Assembly (NCBI GenBank): GCA_965287045.1
Contig: OZ336886.1
Location: 10,168,001-10,232,000 of the forward strand
Reading direction: 5' to 3'
From: Carcharhinus amblyrhynchos
Lineage: Eukaryota
Length of the DNA: 64,000 bases
The position numbers and the translations under genes are program-made. The notes under the pieces are model-generated. The model did no database searches, was not told the DNA's origin, and saw nothing but the letters and a program-made list of their open reading frames with translations. This document shows, in pieces, positions 24,401-36,412 of this stretch. Position 1 is the stretch's first letter. The number at the start of each line of letters is the position of its first letter.

Positions 24401-25696
24401 GTAATCAATGTAAAACTACTATATTGCAAGTTGAAATCCATTTAATATAAAATGCAGTCATTGTTTCAATCAATTTTGAGTAAATGCTTTTTGTGTATGC
24501 ATTCTAACTTTTCAGGTTGTTGCTAAAACAATTCTTTTGATCCTCTTGTTTGACATGGTTGTCATGGATTTGTATCCAAATACTCAAAGTTAGCAGTTTC
24601 TTTTTTTAGCATACTTTTAGAGAGGCAATTGCTAAATCGCTTCCATCTCAGTGCTCTACAATTGGCCAATGGAGAGACCTTTGATATCTCGGTGAATCAA
24701 GGGATTTGGAAAGCAGGCGGAAAAGTGTTGTTATACCCAAGATCAGTTATGATGATATTGAATGGCAGGCTGTGTACTCTGCACCTGCTCCTATCTCTGA
24801 TGTTCTTCATTGGACTACAATGATTTAGTTGCATTTCATTCATTTAATGTTTGCATTGATTTAACATGAAGCATGCAATCTTACGACACCTCATCCTGCC
24901 TGATGTTTTAATGAGGCGAGGTGGTAAGATCAGGGTGCCCTTTCTGAGCTCAAAGCCGACTTCAGTATGTCTTGACGTTATCGTCTGGGCTTGAAGTTAA
25001 ATGCTCGCCGGGTGAACTTCTCACTGATGAGAATCATAGCTGGTCTCCATCAGCTGAGACCAGAGATGATGCCTTGATCTGGATGAACTGGAAGCCATTG
25101 AAGCCACTGGGTGGTCAGGGGGCAGTGCCAGGTTGGCCTTGGCGCTGCCCGGGCACCATAAATGCCAGGGGCAGTGTCAAGGGAGTAGGGCCTGAGACGG
25201 TGCAGAGACTGAATGGGGGTGAAACAATGGGGGTTGGGAAGAGGGGAACTCTGCAGGGGTGGTGATCGGGGAGGGAAAGGGAACTCTGCAAACAAGGGTG
25301 ATTGGGGAGGGAAGGGCAGAACTCTGCAAGGGTGATTGGCAAGTGATGAATGTGATGTCTGTGGGCCAGATGGAGGCTGGTAGAATAGCACAGGGGGTGT
25401 GGGGTGATCAGCAGATGAGGAGGGGTGTCTTGATGTCTGTGGGGGAGGTGGGGGGTGGCAGTAGATCTCCCATGACACCGAGAGGTTGGGGCACTTGTTA
25501 AATGGCACCCTAAGCGCTCAGCAGCTGGCACCACCAGAGCTCAGGCTCTGCTGTTCCCCCTGCATTGAATGCCATAAGATTGCAACTCATTGACAAAACC
25601 AATGCAGTTCTCTCTCATTTTCTCACTCATTCGGCACTTAGGGTGTGATCTTATGAAAAAATTCCAAGTGTCTCTCTTCTCATCCACTGACCTCCT

Positions 25697-27835
25697 TTGT
25701 CATAGCTTCTCCGCTCTGGGGAAGTACTGGATGATAAAGGGTACTCTGTCCACCATGTCCCGTGTTTGTCTTCTGAGGAGGTCGGTGGGGTTTTTCGCTG
25801 TGGCGTGTTGGAACTTTCGATCAATGAGTTGAGTGCCGTATCCTGTTCTTACGAGGGCGTCTTTCAGCGTCTGAATGTGTCTGTTGCGACCCTCCTCATC
25901 TGAGCAGATCCGATGTTTACGGAGGGCTTGTTCGTAGGGGATGGCTTCTTTAACGTGTTTAGCGTGGAAGTTGGAGAAGTGGAGCATCGTGAGATTATCC
26001 AGGGGCTTGTGGTACAGTGAGGTGCTGAGGTGACTGTCCTTGATGGAGATGCATGTGTCCAAGAATGCAACCGATTCTGGAGAGTAATCCATAGTGAGTC
26101 TAATGGTGGGATGGAATTTGTTGATGTCATTATATAGTTGTTTCAGTGATTGTTCACCATGAGTCCAAAGGAAGAAAATGTCATTGATGTATCTAGTGTA
26201 TATCATCAGTTGAATGTCCTGTGTGGTGAAGAAGTCTTGTTTGAACCTGTGCATGAAGATGTTGGCATATTGAGGTGCGAATTTGGTCCCCATGGCTGTT
26301 CTGTGTATCTGGATGAAGAACTGGTTGTTGAAGGTGAAGACATTGTGGTCCAGGATGAAACGGATGAGTTGTATAATTGCATCTGGAAACTGGCAGTTGT
26401 CAGTGTTGAGTACTGAGGCAGCTACAGCAATGCCATCATCATGGGGGATGCTGGTGTAGAGTGCTGAGACATCCATTGTGACAAGGAGTGCCCCTGGTTC
26501 AACTGCTCCACGTGTGTTGAGTTTCTGCAGGAAGTCCGTAGTGTTGCAACAAAAGCTGTACAATGGGTTTCAGGATGCCCTTGACATAGCCGGAGAGGTT
26601 GTCGCACAGGGTCCCATTGCTCGATACAATGGGACGGCCGGGTTTGTTTGTCTTGTGTATCTTCAGGAGGCAGTAAGATCTCCAATGTGGGGAGTACGTG
26701 GGATGAGAGCACGGAGGGTGCTCTACAGGTCTGGATCAAAGGTCTTGATCAGTCTGTTGAGTTGACGGGTATGTTCTTTGGTTGGATCTGCGAGTAACTG
26801 TCTCTGGTGTTCTGCATTGTTCAGCTGTCGGTACACTTTTTTGCAGTGATCAGTATGACGATGGCCCCTCATTTGTCTGCTAGTTTGATGACAATGTTGC
26901 GGTTGGTCTTGAGAGCGGGGGTGGCATTGCGTTGTGCTTGAGTGATATTCAGGGCTGTCTTGTGAGTGTGGCCAATGAATCTGGTATCGACGCATCTCCT
27001 GATGACTAGGGCATACATGTCAAGTCGAGGGCAGCGGCCTTCCGGAGGAGTACATTTGGACTCTTTCATCTTCGGTTGCTGCACCACAGATCTCTCTGTC
27101 GGCTGTTCTGGTTTATTGGCAGTCTCATTGTGTTCGCTGTTGGCCTCTTGGGGTTTGTGGAAGAACTCCCGCAGCCTCATTTGCCTAATCAATTCCTCTG
27201 TGTCTGCTGCGAGACTGATGGGGTCCATTTTTGTGGTGATTTCATCTGGTTGAAGTGTGTAGTCTGACAAGTTGACATTGGAGTTCCCTGCAGTGGCACC
27301 TGTGGAGGGCTAGGTTGCTGCTGGTGGTGATGCCGAGTTTCTCAAGTTTCCTGTTCTTGGTGTGCATGTAGGTGGTGTAGTTCCTTTGTCTCGTCTGCTT
27401 GGCAGAGTTTCGCAGCTGGCCTGCGTCCTGAGCGCAAGTTGAGAATATGGATTCTATCGTGGTTTCCAGGACACGGCGTTTGCTGTAGAGCTAGTGTTTG
27501 AAGTGGTTGAGGAGTGTGAGAGAGGTGCGATGGCAAAGTCTGTCAGCATTGTCTGTGTTGTAGGTTGACCTGAGTGGGTTTGTGATCTGTAGTCCTTTCG
27601 ATCGCTAGTCTGCTTTCGTGCATTTTTGTAGAAACTTGATGCTTGTGTCGATATGCGCAATCTTCTTGGAGATCCTCTCCACTTGGAGCCGGCAGTTTGC
27701 AGTGTCGATGGTAGCCATGATGTGGAGATGCCGGCGCTGGACCGGGGCATACACAGCAAGAAGTCCCACTACACCAGACCAAAGTCCGACAGGTCCACCT
27801 GGTAGCAAATGCCACTAGCCCTCAGAGCACCACTT
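25697..27835 (-). mobile_element. Penelope-like retroelement, 5' part (ATG at 27718 through RT), frameshifted and lacking GIY-YIG
   Basis: MATIDTANCRLQVERISKK N-terminus; NRNIVIKLADK; RT motifs LVTMDVSALYTSIPHDDG, TAMGTKFAPQYANIFM, YTRYINDIFFLW. Confidence 0.95.
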
Positions 27836-27977
27836 ACCCACGAGCTGGAGCCGTTAGCTGTGTCACTCAGGTGATGCCTCTCCACTGCCTGTGCACCCGC
27901 TTACTTGCCCTTCCTGCTGCTGGTTTTGCGTGGTAAAAGGGTGGATTCCAGGGCCTCTAATGGCAGCGGGGTGTGAT

Positions 27978-28065
27978 CTGACGAAGGAGTAGCGCTCCGA
28001 AAGCTAGTGGTGTTTGCTACCAAATAACCTGTTGGACTTTAACCTGGTGTTGTGAGACTTCTTAC
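27978..28065 (+). ncRNA. Inverted Penelope terminal-repeat copy with a minimal hammerhead ribozyme core (27978-28006)
   Basis: CTGACGA-a-GGAG tagcg CTCC-GAAA-GC-TA: core motifs, 4-bp stem II and palindromic AGCT in place of stem III. The stem I 5' strand is truncated. Confidence 0.75.
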
Positions 28066-28298
28066 GGTGGGATGTGAAGCCAGACCATGAGAATTCTGTC
28101 AGGGATTTAATCAGGATAGAGGCAGAAAGGTAATAAGGTCATCACCTGCCACCAAATCCACCCAGGTGTGGCCATTAAATACCACCACTCTTTCCTTTCG
28201 GCTTTCCTGAAGGTAACAGCCACTTTGGGGCTGTTTGAAGTGGGAACTGCTGAGTCCACCTGCCAGTGGCAGTTTATTTTTGAAAAAGCGACATCATA

Positions 28299-28434
28299 GT
28301 CCAGAATCCTCCGGTCTCGTACGCCCAGTCACTGCTGCCAGCGAGAACAGAGAACTTGACACTCAGCCAAATTTCCATTCACAGTAGCAGGATCGGAGAA
28401 TCCCAATCACGTGTGAGGTCAGAGAATTCTGACC
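28299..28434. mobile_element. Short MITE-like element
   Basis: gtccagaatcctcc...agagaattctgacc ends; homologous to 1877-2012. Confidence 0.55.
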
Positions 28435-29008
28435 ATAGAAAGAAAAGCAATGTGAACAAAATGTAATGGGAAAAGAGGAAGCTCAGAAAGGGGGAGAAGA
28501 TTGAGCAAATTGTAGAGAGACTGGAAAGGCCCTCGGTCAATGTTAAAGTAACTCAGTCAGTTTAATTGAATGATTTATGTAAAACAGTTTTTTGTTTTGA
28601 AAAGCGTCATGCTGTACTGATCCATCAATCATACAATAAAGAAAAGTTAAGATGCATTGTGAGGCATCGTTGTAAAATTAAGCAAAATCTCGAAGACAGT
28701 GCTTTTATTCCTCTTCTATTCATAAAAAATGTCTCCAAATGTCATACCATTCACTCCTTCTGCAACCTTGAATGAAGCTGCTTTTGAAACATTCTTTAGA
28801 AGTGAGTGCTGTACCAGCACCTCTGAAGGGTACATCCTGAAAGGGTGTAATTTGTCGTCCTCACCTTGTTGCAGCAGTTGCCATAACAGCAAAGCTTAAG
28901 ACAAGCAGTGGTCCTCTGGGCGTAGCTGATGCTGAATAACGTACTTCTTATCTCCTGCATTGTGCACCAGAGGTTTGCAAAGGAGTTGATGCACCGTGAG
29001 TACAGCTT

Positions 29009-29711
29009 ATAAGAACATAAGAAATAGGAGCAGGAGTAGGCCATCTAGCCCTTCGAGCCTGCCCCGCCATTCAATAAGATCATGGCTGATCTGTCGCTGC
29101 TCAGTTCCACTTTTCCGCCCTCTCCCCATAACCCTTAATCCCCTCTCCTATCAAAAACCCATCAACCCGCGTCTTAAAAATATTTAGCGAGGCAGCCTCC
29201 ACCACTTCAACGGGCAGAGAATTCCAGAGATTCACCACCCTTTGAGTGAAGAAGTTCCTCCTCAACTCCGTTCTAAACCGCCCCCCTTTTATCTTGAGGC
29301 TGTGCCCCCTAGTCCTATTGTCTTTTTTGAGCGGGAAGAGTCTTTCCACCTCTATCCTATCCATCCCATTCATCATCTTATACGTCTCAATGAGATCTCC
29401 TCTCATTCTTCTAAACTCTAACGAGTACAAGCCCAGTTTATTCAGCCTCTCCTCATAGCTCAACCCCCTCAACTCCGGTATCAGCCTAGTAAACCTCCTC
29501 TGCACTCCCTCCAAGGCCAAAATATCTTTGCGCAGGTGCGGCGCCCAAAAATGCACACGGTACTCCAGTTGCGGCCTCACCAATGCCCTATACAGCTGCA
29601 GCAAGACCTCCCTACTTTTATATTCAATCTCCTTCGCTATGAAGGCCAGCATCCCATTCGCCTTCCTGACCACCTGCTGCACCTGCAAGCTGGGTTTTTG
29701 CGACTCATGCA
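29009..29711 (-). mobile_element. Young 5'-truncated CR1 LINE
   Basis: Open 203-aa frame (KANGMLAFIAKEIEYKSREVLLQLYRALVRP...); nearly identical to 3244-3872. Confidence 0.95.
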
Positions 29712-30667
29712 AAAAAACACACTATGGTGTCTCAAGTGTGCAAAGCAGTCAAATGAGCAGTGGCCCAGCTGCCATTAATTGATAGAATCATGAAGTGTGG
29801 AAAAGGCCCTTGATCTGTTGAGTTTGGATCACCAGCCCCTTCATGGGCAAGGCTGAGATGTGAAGATCTTCTTGAGAACATTTATGAAATCCCAAACTTT
29901 GCTCTTCCTATCAGGGTCAGGAAAGAGAGAATGTGCCTTCCAGTTTGTTAGGTTCTTTAGTAGAGAAGATTGTGATTTGGATTCATGCGTAAAAAAGATT
30001 TATACCACCAATTGCACTTTATTAGCTTTACCAAATAAATTTATGCTCTTATTTCTGCTGCAAGGGGTAAAAGCAGATAATGATGATGTTTTCTGCTGTT
30101 GAGCTTGACCACATGTTTTTTCTTTTGTGCTATATTCAAAAAGCCCTTAAAAAGCTTAGAAACATGGATGCTAAGCAAATAATCTCAATGTCTGAAAAGA
30201 TAGGTTTGAGGTGTGCATGGGTATTGGCCCTTTAGTCTTGTTCACTGAATTGATGGGTTGCAAACCACAGGAAAGGACATTAGTGGTGAGTTGGCAGGGC
30301 AGAGGCCAGGACCAATGAGAGTGAAAATGGTGGAGTGAGAGAGGGTAATCTGTAGATAGATGTAATCTGCGGTGAACTGGGTTTGAGGTACTGGTGGCCA
30401 GTGGATGTCCCATCTTGCTTTTGTATGGGTTCTGGAGGACCCTGCCAGCTCCACCTTCACACAAGAATATTTTAAACACTACCCTTCTTAGTTGCTGCCT
30501 GCAGTGGTTCTTTAAAGGACTTTCTGTTTGGCCATACAGTGCCACCTTCATTCAGCGAATCCAACATTATAAAAACCAGCTTCGAGGACTGTTGGCCACT
30601 TATTTCAACAGCATAATTGTCCTTGTCAGCATTGTTGTATTTGAGTAAGTCCAGGTTTAACGCTTTT

Positions 30668-30954
30668 GTGACCCTCTTTAACCCCTCTAACCTGTGCTTC
30701 GCCCTCTCTTCACACACATTATCTGTACTTTTAAAACTTGATTATCTGTGAAGGCTCTCATTCCAACCATTATCTTGCAATTTGAGTTTGTGTCTATGTA
30801 TGTCCTGTTTGTGAACACAATTGCTCACTCACCTGAAGAAGAAGTGAGACTCCAAAACCTCGTGCTGCCAAATAAACCTGTTGGACTTTAACTTGGTATT
30901 TTGAGACTTCTTACTGTGCTTATCCCAGTCCAATGCCGGCATCTCCGCATCATG
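30668..30954 (+). mobile_element. Solo Penelope terminal repeat with decayed hammerhead
   Basis: Reverse complement of 52392-52720; cacCTGAAGAagaagtgagactccAAAAcctcgtg; ends ccggcatctccgcatcATG. Confidence 0.85.
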
Positions 30955-31794
30955 AATTTTCCAAGCCCACCTTCTTCAGGAATGTGGAGCATACATTCCC
31001 ACAGAGAACACCATGACAACATTGGGGCATTCGGGGTAAAGACGGCGAAGTTTCAGCTTTATGGCACTAGCTGCCGTGGGATAAGATTAATCCAATGTGA
31101 ATATCAGTGAATGGGAGAGCAAATAAATGAGTAAATGTGCATGGTGGTATGGTAGACCGGTGGTTAAAGTAAGCAGGTTGTGTAACAGGTAGGTTGGGTG
31201 GCAGATGGGTGAGATGGTGTGTGGTTAAGGTGAATATGTGGGTGAGGTGGCCGGCGAACAGGGTGTGTATGTGTTTGAGGTTGGCGGATGGTCAGGAGGC
31301 GGTCAGGTTAGGAGATGAAGTCAGGCCGGGCGCTAGTCAGGTCTGGTCAGGGTGGTAGCCATGTGACCAAGTATTCGCAGATCATTGTGTCGGGTTGGCA
31401 GTTAGTCCAAGGCTTGTGTTTAGGGGTTAGTTATGGATAGATTTCAGTTTGGTGGGTTTCTGTGTGAGTGATAGCGGGGGGGTGGGGTCAGTTTTGTAGT
31501 TACCCAGAAATTAGACTGCGATCTTTTGTCTAATGTTTTCTGGGTAACTATTCAGAATTACCCGAAGTCTCCAACTCTAAATCAGAGTTAGACACATTTG
31601 GGGAGGGCCCAGGAAGTGGGGGCAGGGAAATTGTCCAATTTCAAACCCTTGGAGGTTCACCTGTCAAGACATCAGCAGAGTCTCAGCACATATGTTGTGT
31701 CAGATATCTGATCTGCTATGATCTGGAGACTGGCAGATCTGGACCATTAATTAATAGAAAAGTCAAATGCAGTATTTCATTCTTGTGGAGTGTG

Positions 31795-32474
31795 AGAATG
31801 ACTGTGCTATTTCTCTCCCACACTGACGACACAGCGGGCATGAGGCATTGCCAAGGAGCTGGGGCCTGGGGGGGCATGGACTGGGGCAGGGCCAACTGGG
31901 GGGCCATGCCTAGGAGGCAATCTGCAGACAGGCTCATTTGGGGCTGGTGGGCGGGGGTACGGTCTGCCGGGGTGGGGCGGGGTAGTCTGCCTCCAGTGGT
32001 GGGTGGTGGGGGTATCTGCCAGGGTTGGGGGGACCATCACTGCTGAGGGGGCGGGGTGCTGGTCGTTGGTGCGCTCCGGGATGGAATGGGATTGGGGGCG
32101 GAGGGGGTTCGGGGCTGGCCTGGGAATGCTCATGGGGCCATGGTCGGACCGTGGGCAGGAGGGTGGGGGAGGGGAGGGTGGTGGAGCTGGAAGGGCAGCG
32201 CTGTGAGGATCCCAGGCTGGCCAGTGATTGAGCTGGCTAGCAAAGCGCAGGCTGACAGTTCAGGGCCGCTGTGCATGCGCAGAGTTGTGGAACTGTCACA
32301 CTCTGGTGTGAATAGGCCCCACGCCCCTGAGCTTTTAATGATATTTACGATTGTGACCTCTGCGTTGCACAGAGTGTAGGAGATTCGAGTCTGAACTCCC
32401 ACTGGAAAAACAATGGTGATTTACACCAGTTTTCCCACAAATTCAACATTTGAATTTTTTTGGGAGAATCGCCC
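31795..32474. repeat. G-rich interspersed repeat (related C/G-rich bodies at about 13150-14170, 24870-25670 and 59040-59700)
   Basis: Shared ggcattgccaag/ggcagtgccagg-type motifs; ends in gggagaatcgccc, like the local MITE termini. Confidence 0.5.
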
Positions 32475-34177
32475 ACTGTGTGTCTCACAAAATAAAAATT
32501 AAACAGTGGGCACAGGTTTAATATGATTTGCAAATGGCATTTTCTGTGGAAGCATGTTCAATAGTAATTTTCAGAACGGAAGTTGATAAACCCTTGAAAA
32601 GAAAAATAAATTGCATGACTGTGGAAAGAACCAGGAAGGAGGACTATTTGAGTAACTCTTCCAAAGAACCAGCAGTGGGCACAATGGGCCAAATGGACGC
32701 CTCCTTTCCCACACGATTCCATTATGAAACAACCCAATTGCTTAATTTATCAAAGAACATCTAGGTGAAGAGTACAATAAACGTAAATATAATTGGAGAG
32801 AATTTATTAGCAGAAATTACTATTAACACATTAAATCCACTGATTATAAAAAGCAGCAGAACAAACCAATAACTAATACTGATTATTTGTTAATTCTTAG
32901 TAATAACTTTCTCATTGTGACCTCTGTTGTAGGGCTTAACTGAATGTAATCCTCACATTATAAATTGCTAAACCTTCTTTAAAGAGATTTTTGGAATACA
33001 TCTGACATTTTGTTATGGAACATTATGGATTACATCCTGTGCCAATGTCTTGATCATGCACCACAGCAACTTAGAATGCAAATTAGGTGATTTATAAAAT
33101 AATCTTTTCATTTCCAACCTGAAGATGTCTTGACATTACTTTGACCGTATTAATTCCTCACGTGATCTTGTGTCAATTAATGCGCACTCAACTTTCATTA
33201 ACCAGGGAACCAGACAAACAAAATCAAATTTCACAGGGTTTGCACATACAACGTTTTGATGGACCAGTCGCCACACGCATCAAAAATTACAAAACCACAA
33301 ATCGAAGAAATAAAGAGTAATTTGGGTACAGCGTTTGTCAGTTAATATGCTGTTGATCAAAATTTGCGTTATGTACCTCCGAAGTTGAATCTGACACAAA
33401 AGCATTGTTAAGAAAAGAACATGGCCAGTAGATGTTGCGCACTATATCTAAAGCCGTGGTACATATTACAGACAAAATACAACATCAACCCTGTCAGTAA
33501 GCTATGCATACCTGATTAACTAGCTTCTGCCAGCTCAACAGGGTTTTTACAGCTTGCCATCTGCTTGCAGTCAACCAGTATTACAGTGCAGATGTGGCTG
33601 TGATCATAAGCTGATGTTGTTTGCCAAGTCTTCCTTGCACTCTATAGAGAAAGGCTGTGCATCAGTGGCTACTTATTGAATTTTTCGGCAGGGAAAAGGC
33701 ACAGTGGGCATTAGTGAAACATTTTCTATTTCAGCGAGAGGTATTACCGAAGGGGATGAAGCACTCAGTCACCTTTATCATGGAATACATTGAGATTAAA
33801 ATCAGGTATTTGTTCTAAGAAATTACGAAACAGTCATGACATTTACTTTGAAAAGCCACGTATAGATCAGAAATCTAAATATGAATTAAACTTCAAATTT
33901 ATGACATCCATCCTGCACATGGCCTTCTGTGTAGAGTAGAAAATACTGCAATCGTTTGAATTCTAAATAATAGAATTGAATGTCGTTTATGTGAAAAAAG
34001 CATGCTTTGTGAAAGCAAATGAATTGATCACTGAGGAAGTACCATGGTTTACTAAGGTAGGATGGTGGGTGCTCAGCAATGTTTCACTTTGTGGACAATC
34101 TTAAAAGATGGCCAAGGCAGTGCTGATTAACGTTTGTGATTTTAACAATTTAACAAATTAATAATTCATTTGTGAAT

Positions 34178-34620
34178 GTAACCAATTTATGCACAGCAAG
34201 GCCTCACAAACAGCAACGAGATAACTGACCAGATAATCTGTTTTCATGGCATTGATTGAGGAATAAATATTGGCTTTGACAGCAGCAGAAGTCTCCTCCT
34301 CTATGCTCACCTAAGAGGTAAAAAAGAGTTTCAACTTGATGCCTCATCCAAAGGCACCACCCAACAGTGGAACAGGCCCTCAGCATTGCAAATCTGGGCC
34401 GGAATTCTCCGGCCGTTCACTCCGGCGGGATTCTCCCGTCCTGCCAGCAGCGGGCAACATCAGTGGAAATTCCTATTGATAGCAGCGGGACCAGAGAATC
34501 CTGCTGCTAGCAAACATCATATCACCTCTCGCCAGTGGGAAACAGGCGGCTTTGAGGCTGAAGAACCTCACCCTTGGTGTTAGCTCAGATTCCTGGAGTG
34601 GAGTTTGAACTCAAATTCTC
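34178..34620 (-). mobile_element. Deu-domain SINE interrupted by a MITE (34397-34573)
   Basis: gcacagcaaggcctcacaaacagcaa...tgaccagataatctgtttt...aataaatattggc is the reverse Deu core. The insert starts gggccggaattctcc and ends agaacctcaccc. Confidence 0.7.
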
Positions 34621-35468
34621 AAGAAAATTAATCCATGACACGTTGTTGGAAGCAGAAAACTGATGATATTAGATTTGATTGTGGCCGTGCCTAAGTGCTG
34701 AGGCTAACATCTACTTACATTCTTAGAGGAAAAAAACTATATTTGTTTGAAATTAAATATGTACATCTTGGCCTATTTGTGAATTCCATTGGTTTAGGAG
34801 GATGCAGGCATGGTATCACCAATACTGCTTCAAATATCTCGTTCATAATTCGTATGTTTGAAAATATAACTTTGAGTTTTAGGAATTATGAAGTTTTAAC
34901 AATAGAAAATTAGGGTATCGGATAAAATTGCTTATCAGTTTCTCATAAGTAAACGCAAATACAAACAAATTTACAATTTATTACACTTAGAAGGCGAGGA
35001 CCACGTTGCCTTTGGAGGTCAGAATTCCCAATTCTGAGGAAGAATTGTAAAATTCCACTGGAGATAGAAATGATCGATATGGTTTCACAGAATCAAGAAA
35101 AAAATTTGCAATAAAGGGGTAGCTCATTTGCATTTCTGTTTGGGGCCAGGCTTTGTATGTCTGTAACAAGAACCGAGGATGCTGGAAAAATTCAGCAGGT
35201 CTGGCAGCATCTGTGGAGAGAGAAGCCTTCAAGTCCACATGACTCTTCCTCAGAGCTGTATTAATTATCTGTCATGTTACTGTCAGGAGTCTGTGAACAT
35301 GCACTCCAAGGTCCCTCTATTCTTATTGTTTCTCAGTATCCTACCATTTCCGTTGTTTCCAGGTCCATACTATTGGCCCTTCAATGTAGTTGTAACTGTA
35401 CATTTTTATTTAGGACTGAAGTTGAATTGTACTTTAATGCATTTTCATTGCTGTTGTCTATGTTTCAG

Positions 35469-35662
35469 CTCACTGCATCAGATGCTGATGAAGAGAAGAA
35501 TGGACAAATCATTTATGAAATTGTGACTGGTGATGGTGGTGACTTTGTCATAAATAACAGCAGTGGATTGATTACTGTTGCTCCTGAAGTTAGTTTAGTT
35601 GTTGGACGAACCTATGCCCTGACTGTCAAAGCAACAGATAATGCTCAGCTAGGTCAAAGGAG
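35469..35662 (+). CDS. PCDH15: PCDH15 coding exon, 194 bp (EC5)
   Basis: tgtttcAG|CTC...AG|GTAAGT. Translates [64 protein letters not shown](R); ends in phase 2. Confidence 0.97.
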
Positions 35663-35689
35663 GTAAGTGTTTCATGAATAAATTAAACT

Positions 35690-36190
35690 TAATAAATAAA
35701 TAGGAACAGGAATAAACCGTACATCCCTTGAGTCTGCTCCATCATTCAGTAAGATCAAGGTTGATCTGCTCTTGGCCTCAACTCCACTTGCCTGCCCACA
35801 ACCCAAGACATGCTATGGTCCAAAAATATGTCTACAATTGTCTGGAATACATTCTATGACTCAGCTTGCACATTTAGGCAGTTCTAAATTTTATAATATA
35901 CTGAGAGAAGAAAATCTTCCTCATCTTTGTCTTAAATGGGTGACCCCTTATTCTGAAACTGTGCCCCCTAGTTCTACATTCCCTCCATTAATGAAACATG
36001 TACCCTATCAAGCCCCCTTAATTTTATGTTCCAATAAGGTCATCTTTCATTCTTCAAACTCCAATCAGCATAGGTGCAACCTTCCCAACCTTTCGTCATA
36101 AGACAACCATTTCATCCCATGAATCAACTCATTGATCTTCTCTGAACTGCCTCCAATACAAGCATATTGTGTGAGGTTCTGGTACTTCAT
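35690..36190 (-). mobile_element. Decayed CR1 3' fragment
   Basis: ataggaacaggaataaacc tail; reverse frame LSYDERLGRLHL. Confidence 0.75.
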
Positions 36191-36412
36191 TATTAGAATG
36201 TGATTACAGCGGAGAGTTACAAGGATGTTGCCGGGGCAGGAAAATTGCATCTATGAGGAAAGATTGGATGGGCTGGAGTTGTTCTCCTTGGAACAGAGGC
36301 GGCAGAGGGGAGATTTGGCTGCGATGTCGAAAATTCTGATGGGGCCTGAATAGAATGGATAGGAAGGGCCTATTTATCTTAACAGTAAGGTCAATACGTA
36401 GATTATACAGAC

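Noticed and set aside
35274-35468. N-terminal extension of the cadherin ORF resembling a signal peptide
   Set aside because: It lies upstream of a good acceptor at 35467-35468, and the exon size and phase fit PCDH15 without it.
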